NCBI GenBank assembly: GCA_963707505.1
Contig: CAVPQB010000006.1
Location: forward strand, 416,001 to 480,000
DNA length: 64,000 nucleotides
From: an uncultured Gemmatimonadales bacterium
GTDB lineage: Bacteria > Gemmatimonadota > Gemmatimonadetes > Gemmatimonadales > Gemmatimonadaceae
Direction: 5' to 3'
Position 1 is the first letter of the stretch. Each line of letters begins with the position of its first letter. Positions 11,001 to 18,177 of the stretch are shown piece by piece. Below the pieces are notes generated by a model. The model had not been told where the DNA came from. It searched no databases and saw only the letters and a program-made list of their open reading frames with translations. Made by a program: the position numbers and the translations under genes.

Positions 11001-11919
11001 ACTGCCGTCGGACGAGTGGCGAGCAGAAGTAATAGATCCCATGGGCAACCTTGCCGGCACGGTGAACCTGGACTCGATCGGAGTGCCGCACACGTGGGAC
11101 GCGTGGGGAAAGAACACGAGCACGACGTGGGACGGCATGGATGCCCAGGGTTGGAAGGGCTTGCAGCCGGAGACCGGGACTGGGCTCATCTATATGCGTG
11201 CCCGGTGGTATGATCCGGCGCTGGGGCGGTTCATAAGCGAGGATCCGGCAGGGCTCGCGGGTGGGATCAATCCGTACGTGTTTGCGGGTGATGATCCGAT
11301 TAACAAGAGTGATCCCGCAGGACTATACTCTTGTGCAGGCGTGACGATCAACGCGACTGACTGCGGCGATCCGTTGCAGATGCCTGGAGGAGCAGGATAC
11401 GGCGCAATCCTATTTTCGCTGTCCAGTGGCCCAACAGGTGGCGACGTCAACTATGCCGGTGCGCCCATCGCGCACGGGCTAATTATCGTCGATCGATCGA
11501 TTCGCGATGCGCTCGCTACATATCGAGTTGAGCACCCCGATGTAGACACCTATCTGAAGGTTCTAGAATCTTCTCAGTCACTATTCGCAATCGCTGACGC
11601 GGACCAACACGCTTTTGGTAGTGGCATTGTACTCCGGGGAGGTGTAACGTTTGGTGGGCCAGGGGTTGATGGAAGAAGCGAGCAAGATTTTGTAGATCAG
11701 TATGGTGGAGTCTTGGGATTGACAGGATTACGGGGGCTCTCACTTATCAGCTCTGTTTGGGCATCCGCGAACAACGTGCCAATCGCAGTAATCGCCGCAC
11801 ACGAGGCGATCCACCTCTGGGGCCTCGACATAAACGGAATCAAGCCTGGCCACCACGATCGCCTGTTTCAAAATGATGTAGGCTGCCGAGTGTACCTCAA
11901 CTGCGCAGGACAACCATGA
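5065..11919 (+). CDS. Large Rhs/YD-repeat polymorphic toxin with signal peptide, eight Ig-like repeats and C-terminal HExxH domain
   Basis: Signal peptide ending ALLHA-Q, FxVxNxG/Cys-pair repeats, many YD repeats, core ARWYDPALGRFISEDP..NPYVF..DPINKSDPAGL, and HEAIH at 11800-11814. Confidence 0.9.
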   Translation: MSNYPRSDSRIALILLRSAVGICLSAVVLCSTLTPALLHAQGTKPGAMPMIGGNAILDVSPANGSTTAVGNSTSQTYVFYVENTGTANTTATFSISSCAGAVSNCSLSPSSASVPHGGSVPVTVTFHTAVTGSGTIMLTANWGGSNYIDGSVTVTLPSATPSVAVGANPNYSAESFQTNDPNFTVTNSGNTASYYSFMVTQCSGNVSNCSVATPNSSISPGSSRPDTVSYTTGPFQNGNGTIALQVTSLLTGEVSSGTVTIVPLSPAVAVTPDTGTATANPNTSPVATFVVSDTGNSSPVTYNLTCGYSGTVTGCSVQSSVQVYHGSPQNVSVTYTTSGSPAGGAGTVTVSATPSGWQAHNYADQGSYNISVASEQAATTPAPAGPAYDDVNATVTRAFAIHNPNAFPENYMWSATCANAASCSGQSGAVYVPASSTVSQNVTYTAVTSPSNGTITFSASDAAGSSSAVLTVVLNTYAPGVVPSSGGSGSLVTGQQVVDTFVVRNQGNQEANYSLSATCDGAIPQQNCLLANSTQAQQGVDLLPNETVSVPVRWSATGTPVTSHVSLTASFTDLHATPWTNTGTRTLTYFPWVAPSITANGPPSGGFAPDAVGLVQSFMVTNNGSTSATYDYHASCVDAVGEAAVPTSCAVVQPAPYTVTAGENATVQVSFNSGDEGTSSTMTLVATEGTDSTSGPATIAINQLPPTVTTATPSVADYSDVPVTRSFMIHNPNAVGESYSWTLACHGVASCTTSSGWAAVAARDSASIGEQYTPSGAPNATGTMVATASSLSVSATDSIVIRIKSYTPQVTAVGSPDTLAAGVVDTAHFTVKNIGLDSMAYVFTASCDNTAAITCVQPPSTPVPLLPSQQTTVAVRFTAGANFTSGGVMLHVYPNGSGIYADSATFAIIVRTPGSLTVNTDFMNSDNQDMNACAASCFAAQYTLSTAPFYTLNTPRTTSLVYNSDRVSPRPFIYADVSPNTQAGPVQQYLLQVRKNGVNLPFTNGDDTLFFAGSSVPIRLTGQVDMSSYDTDLYPVDVMVTAVYGGGGSETVTSHTHLLVVNESHSPVARGWTLVGPQHIYERDSVAIITDGTGSAEVFAKCGTYCYQAPTGDFSTLAVIDSSAGAPRTWIRTYPDGTQLYFGVTGDDWMTYDHVGRSAYIGHDTQSRVTELDDPGLTKSWGSYATSVGYDANGISWIREPSQQAWRGRMLTFRIGTDSLLYAAYTADSDSTVFTYDSQRRLTTVRDMNGAVTTYTYDSVTGKVVQVTGAAVPTDAGGGSTTLQQPTVVFTPWQSVGVPRVHTSSSTPATAVEASAVVAKVQDPAGAVTQFTVDRWGQPLITTDAMGNVTTIKRSGMVATEVDESQGRKSLYTYEGPNLTISQPAGDSATHYHYGLKSQVDSIWGKSVVPEARGFNSDGTVAWVRQAGDSSRTTHYTYDPTTVQVATITDPLGHTTVLQYDATFGNLARTTAPSGQVISATFDRYGRDSTSSAPGLATTTTLYDIVNRPVSVNDGAYTTPTTFTYDPLGRFSVVTDPMGQSFRTEYDTVGRVTRRYDATGLGKYNSYRYDIAGRTTSSTNRRGQRVDITYDLLGRMLTRTDITAGNVDRFSYSADGLTSGSANANAGDTTDVDVMNATSQTTTWENGVRYSNGQTLNPSFNVPDTSTVTALTFGGTPSQRITGRDPLLGALGSVSLGGHTVTFGYDHQLGVRMSTTYVPPTRTTDGSVRADSYAPFTALPVETSFSVAQVDSVLHRAYGYDSAGRLTSEQVAINYFNDGDGARQRQRQFSYDSLGRLTNVTVRRGTCMPWPSDSTASDSLSSSFGWRYTCGTVAPDSGAVFSYDSVGNRTDHSAIITAGDRLASFNGDTITYDDDGNMIRRYNPVTGADHRYVWNALGQLDSAIVVSAIDPISGQRTTVTEHYVYDAGGRLVHVDGSPNTGWLVYQGDQVSEVVQSQSAYTDVAYDDGTDRPAMEYIHTLPSDEWRAEVIDPMGNLAGTVNLDSIGVPHTWDAWGKNTSTTWDGMDAQGWKGLQPETGTGLIYMRARWYDPALGRFISEDPAGLAGGINPYVFAGDDPINKSDPAGLYSCAGVTINATDCGDPLQMPGGAGYGAILFSLSSGPTGGDVNYAGAPIAHGLIIVDRSIRDALATYRVEHPDVDTYLKVLESSQSLFAIADADQHAFGSGIVLRGGVTFGGPGVDGRSEQDFVDQYGGVLGLTGLRGLSLISSVWASANNVPIAVIAAHEAIHLWGLDINGIKPGHHDRLFQNDVGCRVYLNCAGQP

Positions 11920-11938
11920 CGAACAGTGGATTAATAGT

Positions 11939-12448
11939 ATGACTCACGTGCTTATGTATGTTCGCTGGAGAATGCTGGGGATGATTGCTCTTGTTGCGAT
12001 TGCAGGTACGGGCGTATCTGCACAGCGCGTCTGCTCGCAAGATCCGTTGAACGCGGTCACAATTAATGAGATTCTTCACACGGTACCGTGGGACTCCATG
12101 TGCCACAACGGTTGTCAAACTCTAGCGATTGATTCGACAGTTCGAATTGTTACCACGCCTGGGATTGTGCCTCATAAGGAGCCCGTTTACCATCGTATTA
12201 CGAGTACGGAACGTGCAAGAATTTCGCTACGAGGGAGGAGCATTCAATGGGGCGATATTGATGCGGACTTACACCGTGACACAACACATATCTCATTGGC
12301 ACTTCTTCGGCGTCCGCGTGAACCAGAGAAAAACACATTTCTCGTAATTGCATTGCCTCCGCGCTCCTTTGGGCACTGGATGACCATTCGACTTATATGT
12401 AGTGGGGCTGGCTGGACCGCAGTTTATAAGGGCGATTTCGAAGGATGA
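11939..12448 (+). CDS. Putative cognate immunity protein, exported
   Basis: Lies 20 bp after the Rhs stop, has lower GC and a signal-peptide-like N-terminus (MLGMIALVAIAGTGVSA). Confidence 0.55.
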   Translation: MTHVLMYVRWRMLGMIALVAIAGTGVSAQRVCSQDPLNAVTINEILHTVPWDSMCHNGCQTLAIDSTVRIVTTPGIVPHKEPVYHRITSTERARISLRGRSIQWGDIDADLHRDTTHISLALLRRPREPEKNTFLVIALPPRSFGHWMTIRLICSGAGWTAVYKGDFEG

Positions 12449-12493
12449 CTGACTAGCGTCAGACATACACGATGCGGTTCAATCCTACCAAAC

Positions 12494-12899
12494 ATGTCGA
12501 GCAGGTCAGTAATGACAGAAGTGAAGGACGATAAGTCTATGCCGCGACCCAATCCGTTCGGACGTCGAGCGGCTTATTGGGCAATGCTGATTACGTCGCC
12601 AGTGATCCTTCTTTTTCACCTATCTAGGCAAATTCAACCAAGGTATAGGTGCATGGATTTGTGCTGGATTAGTTGTCTTTGTAGCGCGAATCCGCTGGGA
12701 TTCGAGAAAGAATCTATGGTTCTGGATAGCCATTTTGCTAACTGTCCTTCTTCAAGTTCCCTTTGTAATGTTTGTCCCCTGGACGAAGAAGTATTCTACA
12801 ATGATAACCCTTCTCCCATTTGGCATTCTCGACTATGTCGTCATCAACTGGTGCATCGACCAGGCCGAGAAGATTGCCAATCGGAGGCCATCACTGTAG
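12494..12899 (+). pseudogene. Frameshifted multi-TM membrane protein, candidate orphan immunity gene
   Basis: Removing one T from the T5 run at 12612-12616 joins AAYWAMLITSPVILLF to TYLGKFNQGIGAWICAGLVVFVARIRWDSRKNLWFWIAILLTVLLQVPFVMFVPW..., ending at TAG 12897-12899. Confidence 0.55.
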
Positions 12900-13071
12900 C
12901 GTCCTGCCTCAGTTGAAATTTGACTCCTATCGCTCCAGACTTGGAGCACCGAGGAGTCAATGAGGTGGAGATTTACGAGAGAGTTCGAGCTGAAAGCTGC
13001 TTGTTGCGTCATGAGCTGGAACATCACTGCGATGGAACCGTGAGCTCGGGGCGAATTGTCTACGTTCCCGA

Positions 13072-13851
13072 CTACCCCTCCCGCTCCGTCAACCGCCGCA
13101 CAATCCGCCCCGCCGCCTCCTCAACCCCCATCGGCGCCGCCCGTAGCCCACTACACGTAACACCAGTCATCGCCACGAACTGCGCATCCATAGCCCGCAT
13201 CGTACAACCGTGCATGCGCGCGATACTTTCGAGCGGTACCCGCGACGTCGTAACCGCTCTATAACCAGCCACGATCCGCACCGCGTCCAGCAGTCGCGCC
13301 CCCGACACGAAGCCCGCATCGGCGAGATGCCGCTCGAGACTGCGGCGTGTGTGTGCGGTCATCGCGGCCAGTGCGTCGAGTGAATGAGCGCCATCCCCGG
13401 TCAGTAATACATCCCTCAGCCTGTCCCGGATAACTGACGTGAGACGAGCCATCTGTGCGTCGATCCCGGATAGCAACGCCGCGCTCAGCTTCACGTCCGG
13501 CGTCAGCAGCAACGCCCGCTCCAGCAGCGAGTGCTCGGCCGGCACACTGCGGAAGATGAATCGCGCCTGAGTGCGCTCGGCCAGAATCACCGCGCTGTCC
13601 ATCGCCGCCGGGGTGATGGCGCACGAGGCGACGACCGGGCGCGGGAATTTGGCCAGGGTGACGACGATCGTCTCGGCTATCGTCGCCGTGATGAGAGACG
13701 GATCGATCACCAGACAGTCGCCATCTGTCGACGCGATCGCGGTCAGGAGCCGGCGCGCATCCGGTACGGAATCGATACTGCCGCCGTATCCAGCGACGAT
13801 TGCTGACACTGTTTCCAGCGTGTCTGGCGACAGAAATACGATGTATCTCAA
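13072..13851 (-). CDS. AraC-type HTH transcriptional regulator with degenerate receiver-like N-terminus
   Basis: SLDALAAMTAHTRRSLERHL..G and PLESIARMHG..QF..TG HTH pattern. Start uncertain (TTG 13851 or 13911). Confidence 0.6.
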   Translation of the reverse strand: MRYIVFLSPDTLETVSAIVAGYGGSIDSVPDARRLLTAIASTDGDCLVIDPSLITATIAETIVVTLAKFPRPVVASCAITPAAMDSAVILAERTQARFIFRSVPAEHSLLERALLLTPDVKLSAALLSGIDAQMARLTSVIRDRLRDVLLTGDGAHSLDALAAMTAHTRRSLERHLADAGFVSGARLLDAVRIVAGYRAVTTSRVPLESIARMHGCTMRAMDAQFVAMTGVTCSGLRAAPMGVEEAAGRIVRRLTEREG

Positions 13852-13902
13852 GTCAGCTCGGATTCTGTCACATCCGGGGCTATCTGGGTGCAATGAGCGA
13901 GG

Positions 13903-15318
13903 ATGGATCACGCTCGATGCACCAACTATGGCATGGTGAACTGCCCGATCGATAGCGTGGCTGCTCCACAGATCTACAGCTATGATGACGCCGGGAACAG
14001 GGCCGATCCGGGAGATACGCTAGGCGTTGGAGATCAGATGAATGCGGTCACCTTTTCGGGGATGCATCAGGACTACACGTACGATGCCGATGGCAACGTC
14101 ATAACGCGGGCCCTGCCGGCGGACAACGCGACTTGGACCTATACCTGGAGCTCTGACAACAGGCTCCTCTCGGGCTCCAACTGGATAGGGATGGAGAACC
14201 TGGCTTACGACGCTCTGGGCCAGCCGGTGGTGATTCGGAAGGGGAGCGATAATCACATCGCAAGAGTGACGCTGTACGATGGAGGCAATGTCCTGGCCGA
14301 TCTGGACTCGCTGGGCAATAGAGAGGGTGAGTACGTCTATGACGCAGGCACGGATCACCCGTATGCGCTCCTGACCGGAGCTACAGCGGTGACCGGAGTG
14401 CAGTACTTCGTGCTGGACGACTTCGGGAACGTCACGGGCACGGTGTACGACTCGACGCACGTGGCACAGACGATCTCCTACGACGACTGGGGCGATGCAA
14501 CGGTGACGGGCGACACGACCAACCGTCTCGCGTGGAAGGGACTGCCGATCGATTCGCATCTCTGGCTCTCAGAGGTGAGAGCGCGCTGGTACGATCCGGT
14601 GCTCGGACGGTTCATCAGCGAGGATCCGTTGGGGCTCTCGGCAGGGATCAATCCGTATGTGTTTGCCAATAATGATCCAGTTAACGGGAGCGATCCGAGC
14701 GGGTTATCAGAGTGTATCACAATCGACGTACCACCTGTAGACGTATGCGACGGGCCTTTATTTTGCACGCACTCTGACGGGTATTCAAACACCGTATGCA
14801 TTAGCGGAGGAGGGGGAGGAAGCGGAGGAAGCGATTGGGGGGCAGTGCCGCTGCCTCCACCAGCAGATATGGGTGGCGGTGGTGGCTCGGGGTCGAAGCC
14901 TAAGTCGAAGCCCGTCCTCACTGCGCACGATGTTGCTTGTGCTACTGCAGTCGGCGAAGCCGCGCTTAATGTAGCGGTTGATCTGGCAGGCGCATCGGAG
15001 ATACGAGCAGCCACGCAATTTGGAGCTCTAGCTCTTCGTGTCGGAGCTGAATATACAGTGCGATCGTTTTCGGTTGATTTCGCGCGATCATTTGGTGAAG
15101 GAGTATCGAAGGCGTCGTTCAACCGGCTAGCACCGGCGTTTGCCGACGCAGTCAATGGATATAGTACCGCTGCAGTAGCCCATGCAGCCAGTGCTTATAG
15201 TTCTGTTGGTGGGACAGTAATAGGACAGTTCACCTCTGGCAATTATAGCCTGTGGGACTACGTTCCAGTCGTTTCGTCAATTCGGTCTATCGTAAGCGCA
15301 TATCATACCTGTCATTAA
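13903..15318 (+). CDS. Orphan Rhs core fragment with variant C-terminal domain
   Basis: Begins mid-YD repeats with no signal peptide. Core RARWYDPVLGRFISEDP..DPSGL (14692-14706) is followed by a ~200-aa lower-GC CT. Confidence 0.85.
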   Translation: MDHARCTNYGMVNCPIDSVAAPQIYSYDDAGNRADPGDTLGVGDQMNAVTFSGMHQDYTYDADGNVITRALPADNATWTYTWSSDNRLLSGSNWIGMENLAYDALGQPVVIRKGSDNHIARVTLYDGGNVLADLDSLGNREGEYVYDAGTDHPYALLTGATAVTGVQYFVLDDFGNVTGTVYDSTHVAQTISYDDWGDATVTGDTTNRLAWKGLPIDSHLWLSEVRARWYDPVLGRFISEDPLGLSAGINPYVFANNDPVNGSDPSGLSECITIDVPPVDVCDGPLFCTHSDGYSNTVCISGGGGGSGGSDWGAVPLPPPADMGGGGGSGSKPKSKPVLTAHDVACATAVGEAALNVAVDLAGASEIRAATQFGALALRVGAEYTVRSFSVDFARSFGEGVSKASFNRLAPAFADAVNGYSTAAVAHAASAYSSVGGTVIGQFTSGNYSLWDYVPVVSSIRSIVSAYHTCH

Positions 15319-15337
15319 GAGATCATATAAGAAAGAC

Positions 15338-15814
15338 GTGTCGCACACCAACAGAAAAAAACTCCCTGTCAATACCAAATCAGGCGGTGGATCTGTACCG
15401 TTGAGTTCGTTGCGCCCTACAATGAAGGATGTTGCTAAGGGCGCACGTATCGGTCTTTTCTTCGCACTAGGATTTTCCGTAATAGCCGCGCTTATATACG
15501 CCGGAGAGGGGCCGCGTCCATTTCAGAAGAATGATACATCATTCGGATTAGTAATCGTTCTATATTTGGCTGGCTTTACAGTTGCCGGCGTAATAGCTGG
15601 GACTTTTCACCGACTCGCCGATCGATACACCTTGCTCGCTTACGTAATTGGAATCATTGCTGCGACTCCAATGTCATTTGCCATAACAGCAGCCGTAACT
15701 CACAACGTACATCTATGGGAGACTGGGGATTGGATACCGGCATTTGTTGGCAGTATTGTCTACGGCATTTTTGGAGTGAGAATGTTCCGCAAAGACCCCA
15801 TCAAATGGGACTAA
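15338..15814 (+). CDS. Putative membrane immunity protein (4 TM) for the orphan CT
   Basis: Immediately downstream of the orphan Rhs, low GC, four hydrophobic segments. Confidence 0.6.
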   Translation: MSHTNRKKLPVNTKSGGGSVPLSSLRPTMKDVAKGARIGLFFALGFSVIAALIYAGEGPRPFQKNDTSFGLVIVLYLAGFTVAGVIAGTFHRLADRYTLLAYVIGIIAATPMSFAITAAVTHNVHLWETGDWIPAFVGSIVYGIFGVRMFRKDPIKWD

Positions 15815-15927
15815 TTCGAGTTCCACCGGTTTGATGGATACCTCAATGACGGTCGCCCCAGTTTAGGGCCAGTTCTAAGCTGACAGTCTCGTAGTTTTGG
15901 TCTTGCCGCCAATCTCGGTCCACTCCG

Positions 15928-16815
15928 TCACACATTTTGGAGTTGAGTCAGAGCTGGAGTGAAGTCTCCGCGTGCTCGGAATTGAGCCGGAGACTGGTTC
16001 GCTAAGCTGCTGTGTGGTCTGAAGTTATTGTACTCATCCTGGTAGGTGTCAAGGGTGCGTTCAGCATCTTCTAGGTTGATAAAGTAGTGTTGCGTTGGCC
16101 GGCTGCCCTGCATCGCAGGGCGACCGGCTAAACACTCACGTCTCACCGAGTTGTGAAAGCTCTCGATGTGCGCGTTGTCGGTCGGCTTCGCCGGTCTACT
16201 GAAGTCGAGTCGTACATGGTTCCAGTATGCCCAGTGATCGAGCGCCTTCGATGTGAATTCGGTTCCATTGTCTGCCTGAATTACCAACGGTAATCCACGC
16301 TCAGTTCCGGCAATGCTCAAACAGCGTGCGACGTCTTCACCGCGAAATCTCAGCTGCGGCACGAGCGCAACGCATTCACGCGTGAAGACGTCGACCACGC
16401 TCAGCACGCGGATTGTGTTTCCACTTGCAAGTGTGTCGTGAATGAAATCCATCGCCCAGCGTTCGTTCGGTGCACTTGCCTGCGGACGTAGTGCGCGCGT
16501 TACGGCGCTTTTCCGACGCCTCGGTCCCTTCCTCTTCTGCGTCAGGCCTTCCTCGATGTATAGCCGATGCACGAGCTTGTGATTGATAGCCCAGCCCTCG
16601 CGCCTCAGCAGCACGTGCAGTCGCCTATAGCCATAGCTCACGCGTACATGCGCCAGCTCTCGAAGTCGTCGTCGCAATGGCTCGCGCTTCGGCCTTATGC
16701 TCACGTAACGAATGATCGCGCGATGCAATGATCCTGCTCTGCATGCTCGACGCTCCGACACTCGATACGCGCTCTGCACCCAGCGCACCCAATCTCTCCG
16801 ACGCGCTGGGCTCAC
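15928..16815 (-). CDS. IS3-family transposase OrfB (DDE integrase core)
   Basis: YGYRRL, WAMDF, DNGTEF, KPTDNAHIESF, YNNFRPHSSL motifs. Confidence 0.92.
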   Translation of the reverse strand: MSPARRRDWVRWVQSAYRVSERRACRAGSLHRAIIRYVSIRPKREPLRRRLRELAHVRVSYGYRRLHVLLRREGWAINHKLVHRLYIEEGLTQKRKGPRRRKSAVTRALRPQASAPNERWAMDFIHDTLASGNTIRVLSVVDVFTRECVALVPQLRFRGEDVARCLSIAGTERGLPLVIQADNGTEFTSKALDHWAYWNHVRLDFSRPAKPTDNAHIESFHNSVRRECLAGRPAMQGSRPTQHYFINLEDAERTLDTYQDEYNNFRPHSSLANQSPAQFRARGDFTPALTQLQNV

Positions 16816-17078
16816 CAGTTTTTTCGGAGCGACTCCTGCAGGATTGTCTTGTCGAGGCTCAAGTCGGCGACCAGCTGCTTCAGCTTCCGGTTCTCTTCGC
16901 GCAACTGCCTAAGCTCACGGATCTCGGGCGTGCCCATGCCGCCGAACTTCTTCTTCCACCGATAAAAGGTCTGCTCGGTGACCTGGAGCTTCCGACAGAT
17001 CTCAACGACCGGAGTCCCGCTCTCAGCCTGCCGGAGCGCCATTGCTACTTGCTCCGGCGTGAATTTGCTCGTCCGCAT
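16812..17078 (-). CDS. IS3-family transposase OrfA (HTH)
   Basis: FTPEQ..EICRKL.VTEQTFYRWKKKFGGM..LREENRKLKQLVADLSLD. An A6 run near the 3' end fits programmed frameshifting. Confidence 0.92.
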   Translation of the reverse strand: MRTSKFTPEQVAMALRQAESGTPVVEICRKLQVTEQTFYRWKKKFGGMGTPEIRELRQLREENRKLKQLVADLSLDKTILQESLRKNW

Positions 17079-17174
17079 CGTGCTGTCCTCCGCCTCATTC
17101 CTGAGGCATCTGGCCAGCTCTAAATTACGTCCAAAATGTTACGCCGTCCGGACCAGGAATCGGGGACAAGACCA

Positions 17175-17729
17175 CCTGCAGCGCGTCCGCATTCGATACG
17201 TGGATTCTCGGTTCATATTCCGGAACGAGACCGAATGCGAGACAAGGCTGCTCTGGAATCGACGCTGGCAAAGGTTGATGATGCGATCAACGACATTCGG
17301 AGATTTGATCCCACTCGTTATGCGCGGATGCTGGACTTGTGCACGTGTATCATTGTGCTTCCGGTACGATCGGCTATGTACTGGGAAGAAACGAATGTCT
17401 GTGTCCTGTCAATGGATGTAATATTGGAATACTCTCCTGGGCTCACGGCGTGCGATATTGTCCACGAGTTCACGCATGCGAAGCTGGCACGGGCCGGATT
17501 TCTCGCTGCGTTCAGAAGGGACCTATTATCCAGAATGGAGCGATTGTGCACCGAAGAGGAAATCGCCTTCTTGCGAAAGACGCCAGACGAGCTTTATGCA
17601 ACCAAGCAAAAGTACATCGCTAGTCTACGGGAAAGCCTATCCGAGGCGTGGTGGACCACAGAGAATCGACAAACGAACAACAGGCTATGGCAAGAGTGGC
17701 GGCGTCAGCGTGGCTACCCAGTTCGGTGA
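17175..17729 (+). CDS. HExxH-containing hypothetical protein, probably 5'-truncated by the IS
   Basis: DIVHEFTHAKL motif. The open frame extends back into the IS end, and the first ATG outside the IS is at 17235. Confidence 0.55.
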   Translation, partial: PAARPHSIRGFSVHIPERDRMRDKAALESTLAKVDDAINDIRRFDPTRYARMLDLCTCIIVLPVRSAMYWEETNVCVLSMDVILEYSPGLTACDIVHEFTHAKLARAGFLAAFRRDLLSRMERLCTEEEIAFLRKTPDELYATKQKYIASLRESLSEAWWTTENRQTNNRLWQEWRRQRGYPVR

Positions 17730-18177
17730 GTAAATCCCGCAGGGAATCAGGGGTCGGAGTGTATTTCTTCAGCCGGTCCCAAGTTCTGGACTAGAAAATA
17801 AGCTCTGACCTCGTTTCCCCATATCTAAATGTGCACAGCAACCACGACACACACTTGGGTCAAACAAATGCGGTTTGAATCGCCCCGGGTTCATCGGAGG
17901 CCCAGTTGTTTGACTGCTCCAGCCACAGTTGTTGCGAACTTGGGTTCCTGAAGCCGTCTCACGAAACGGGGAACAGAGCATACCCCTCCGCCACATCGTC
18001 AGCTGCCATCGGCTCCGCCAGCAACCCACTACAGGTAACACCAATTCGACGCACTACACGAATGTGCACCACGACGCCACGGTCTCGCGTGGAGCGAAAA
18101 ACTGCACCGTCAGGATGCGAACGGTAAGGACCAGCGCATGTCCGCTGCCGTGGCCATGTGGATAACCAGCCATACCG

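Larger units (their letters stand above)
15898..17174 (-). mobile_element. IS3-family insertion sequence
   Basis: Imperfect ~44-bp terminal IRs (TGGTCTTG...ACATTTTGG at 15898 and its reverse complement ending 17174) enclosing orfA/orfB. No target duplication visible. Confidence 0.88.

Noticed and set aside
5065..11919. Type VI secretion effector
   Set aside because: No PAAR or VgrG domain or chaperone gene is visible, and the protein has a Sec-type signal peptide.
17906..18165. Small ORFs at the right edge of the toxin island
   Set aside because: No RBS, motifs or coding-like composition. More likely decayed intergenic or IS-derived DNA.
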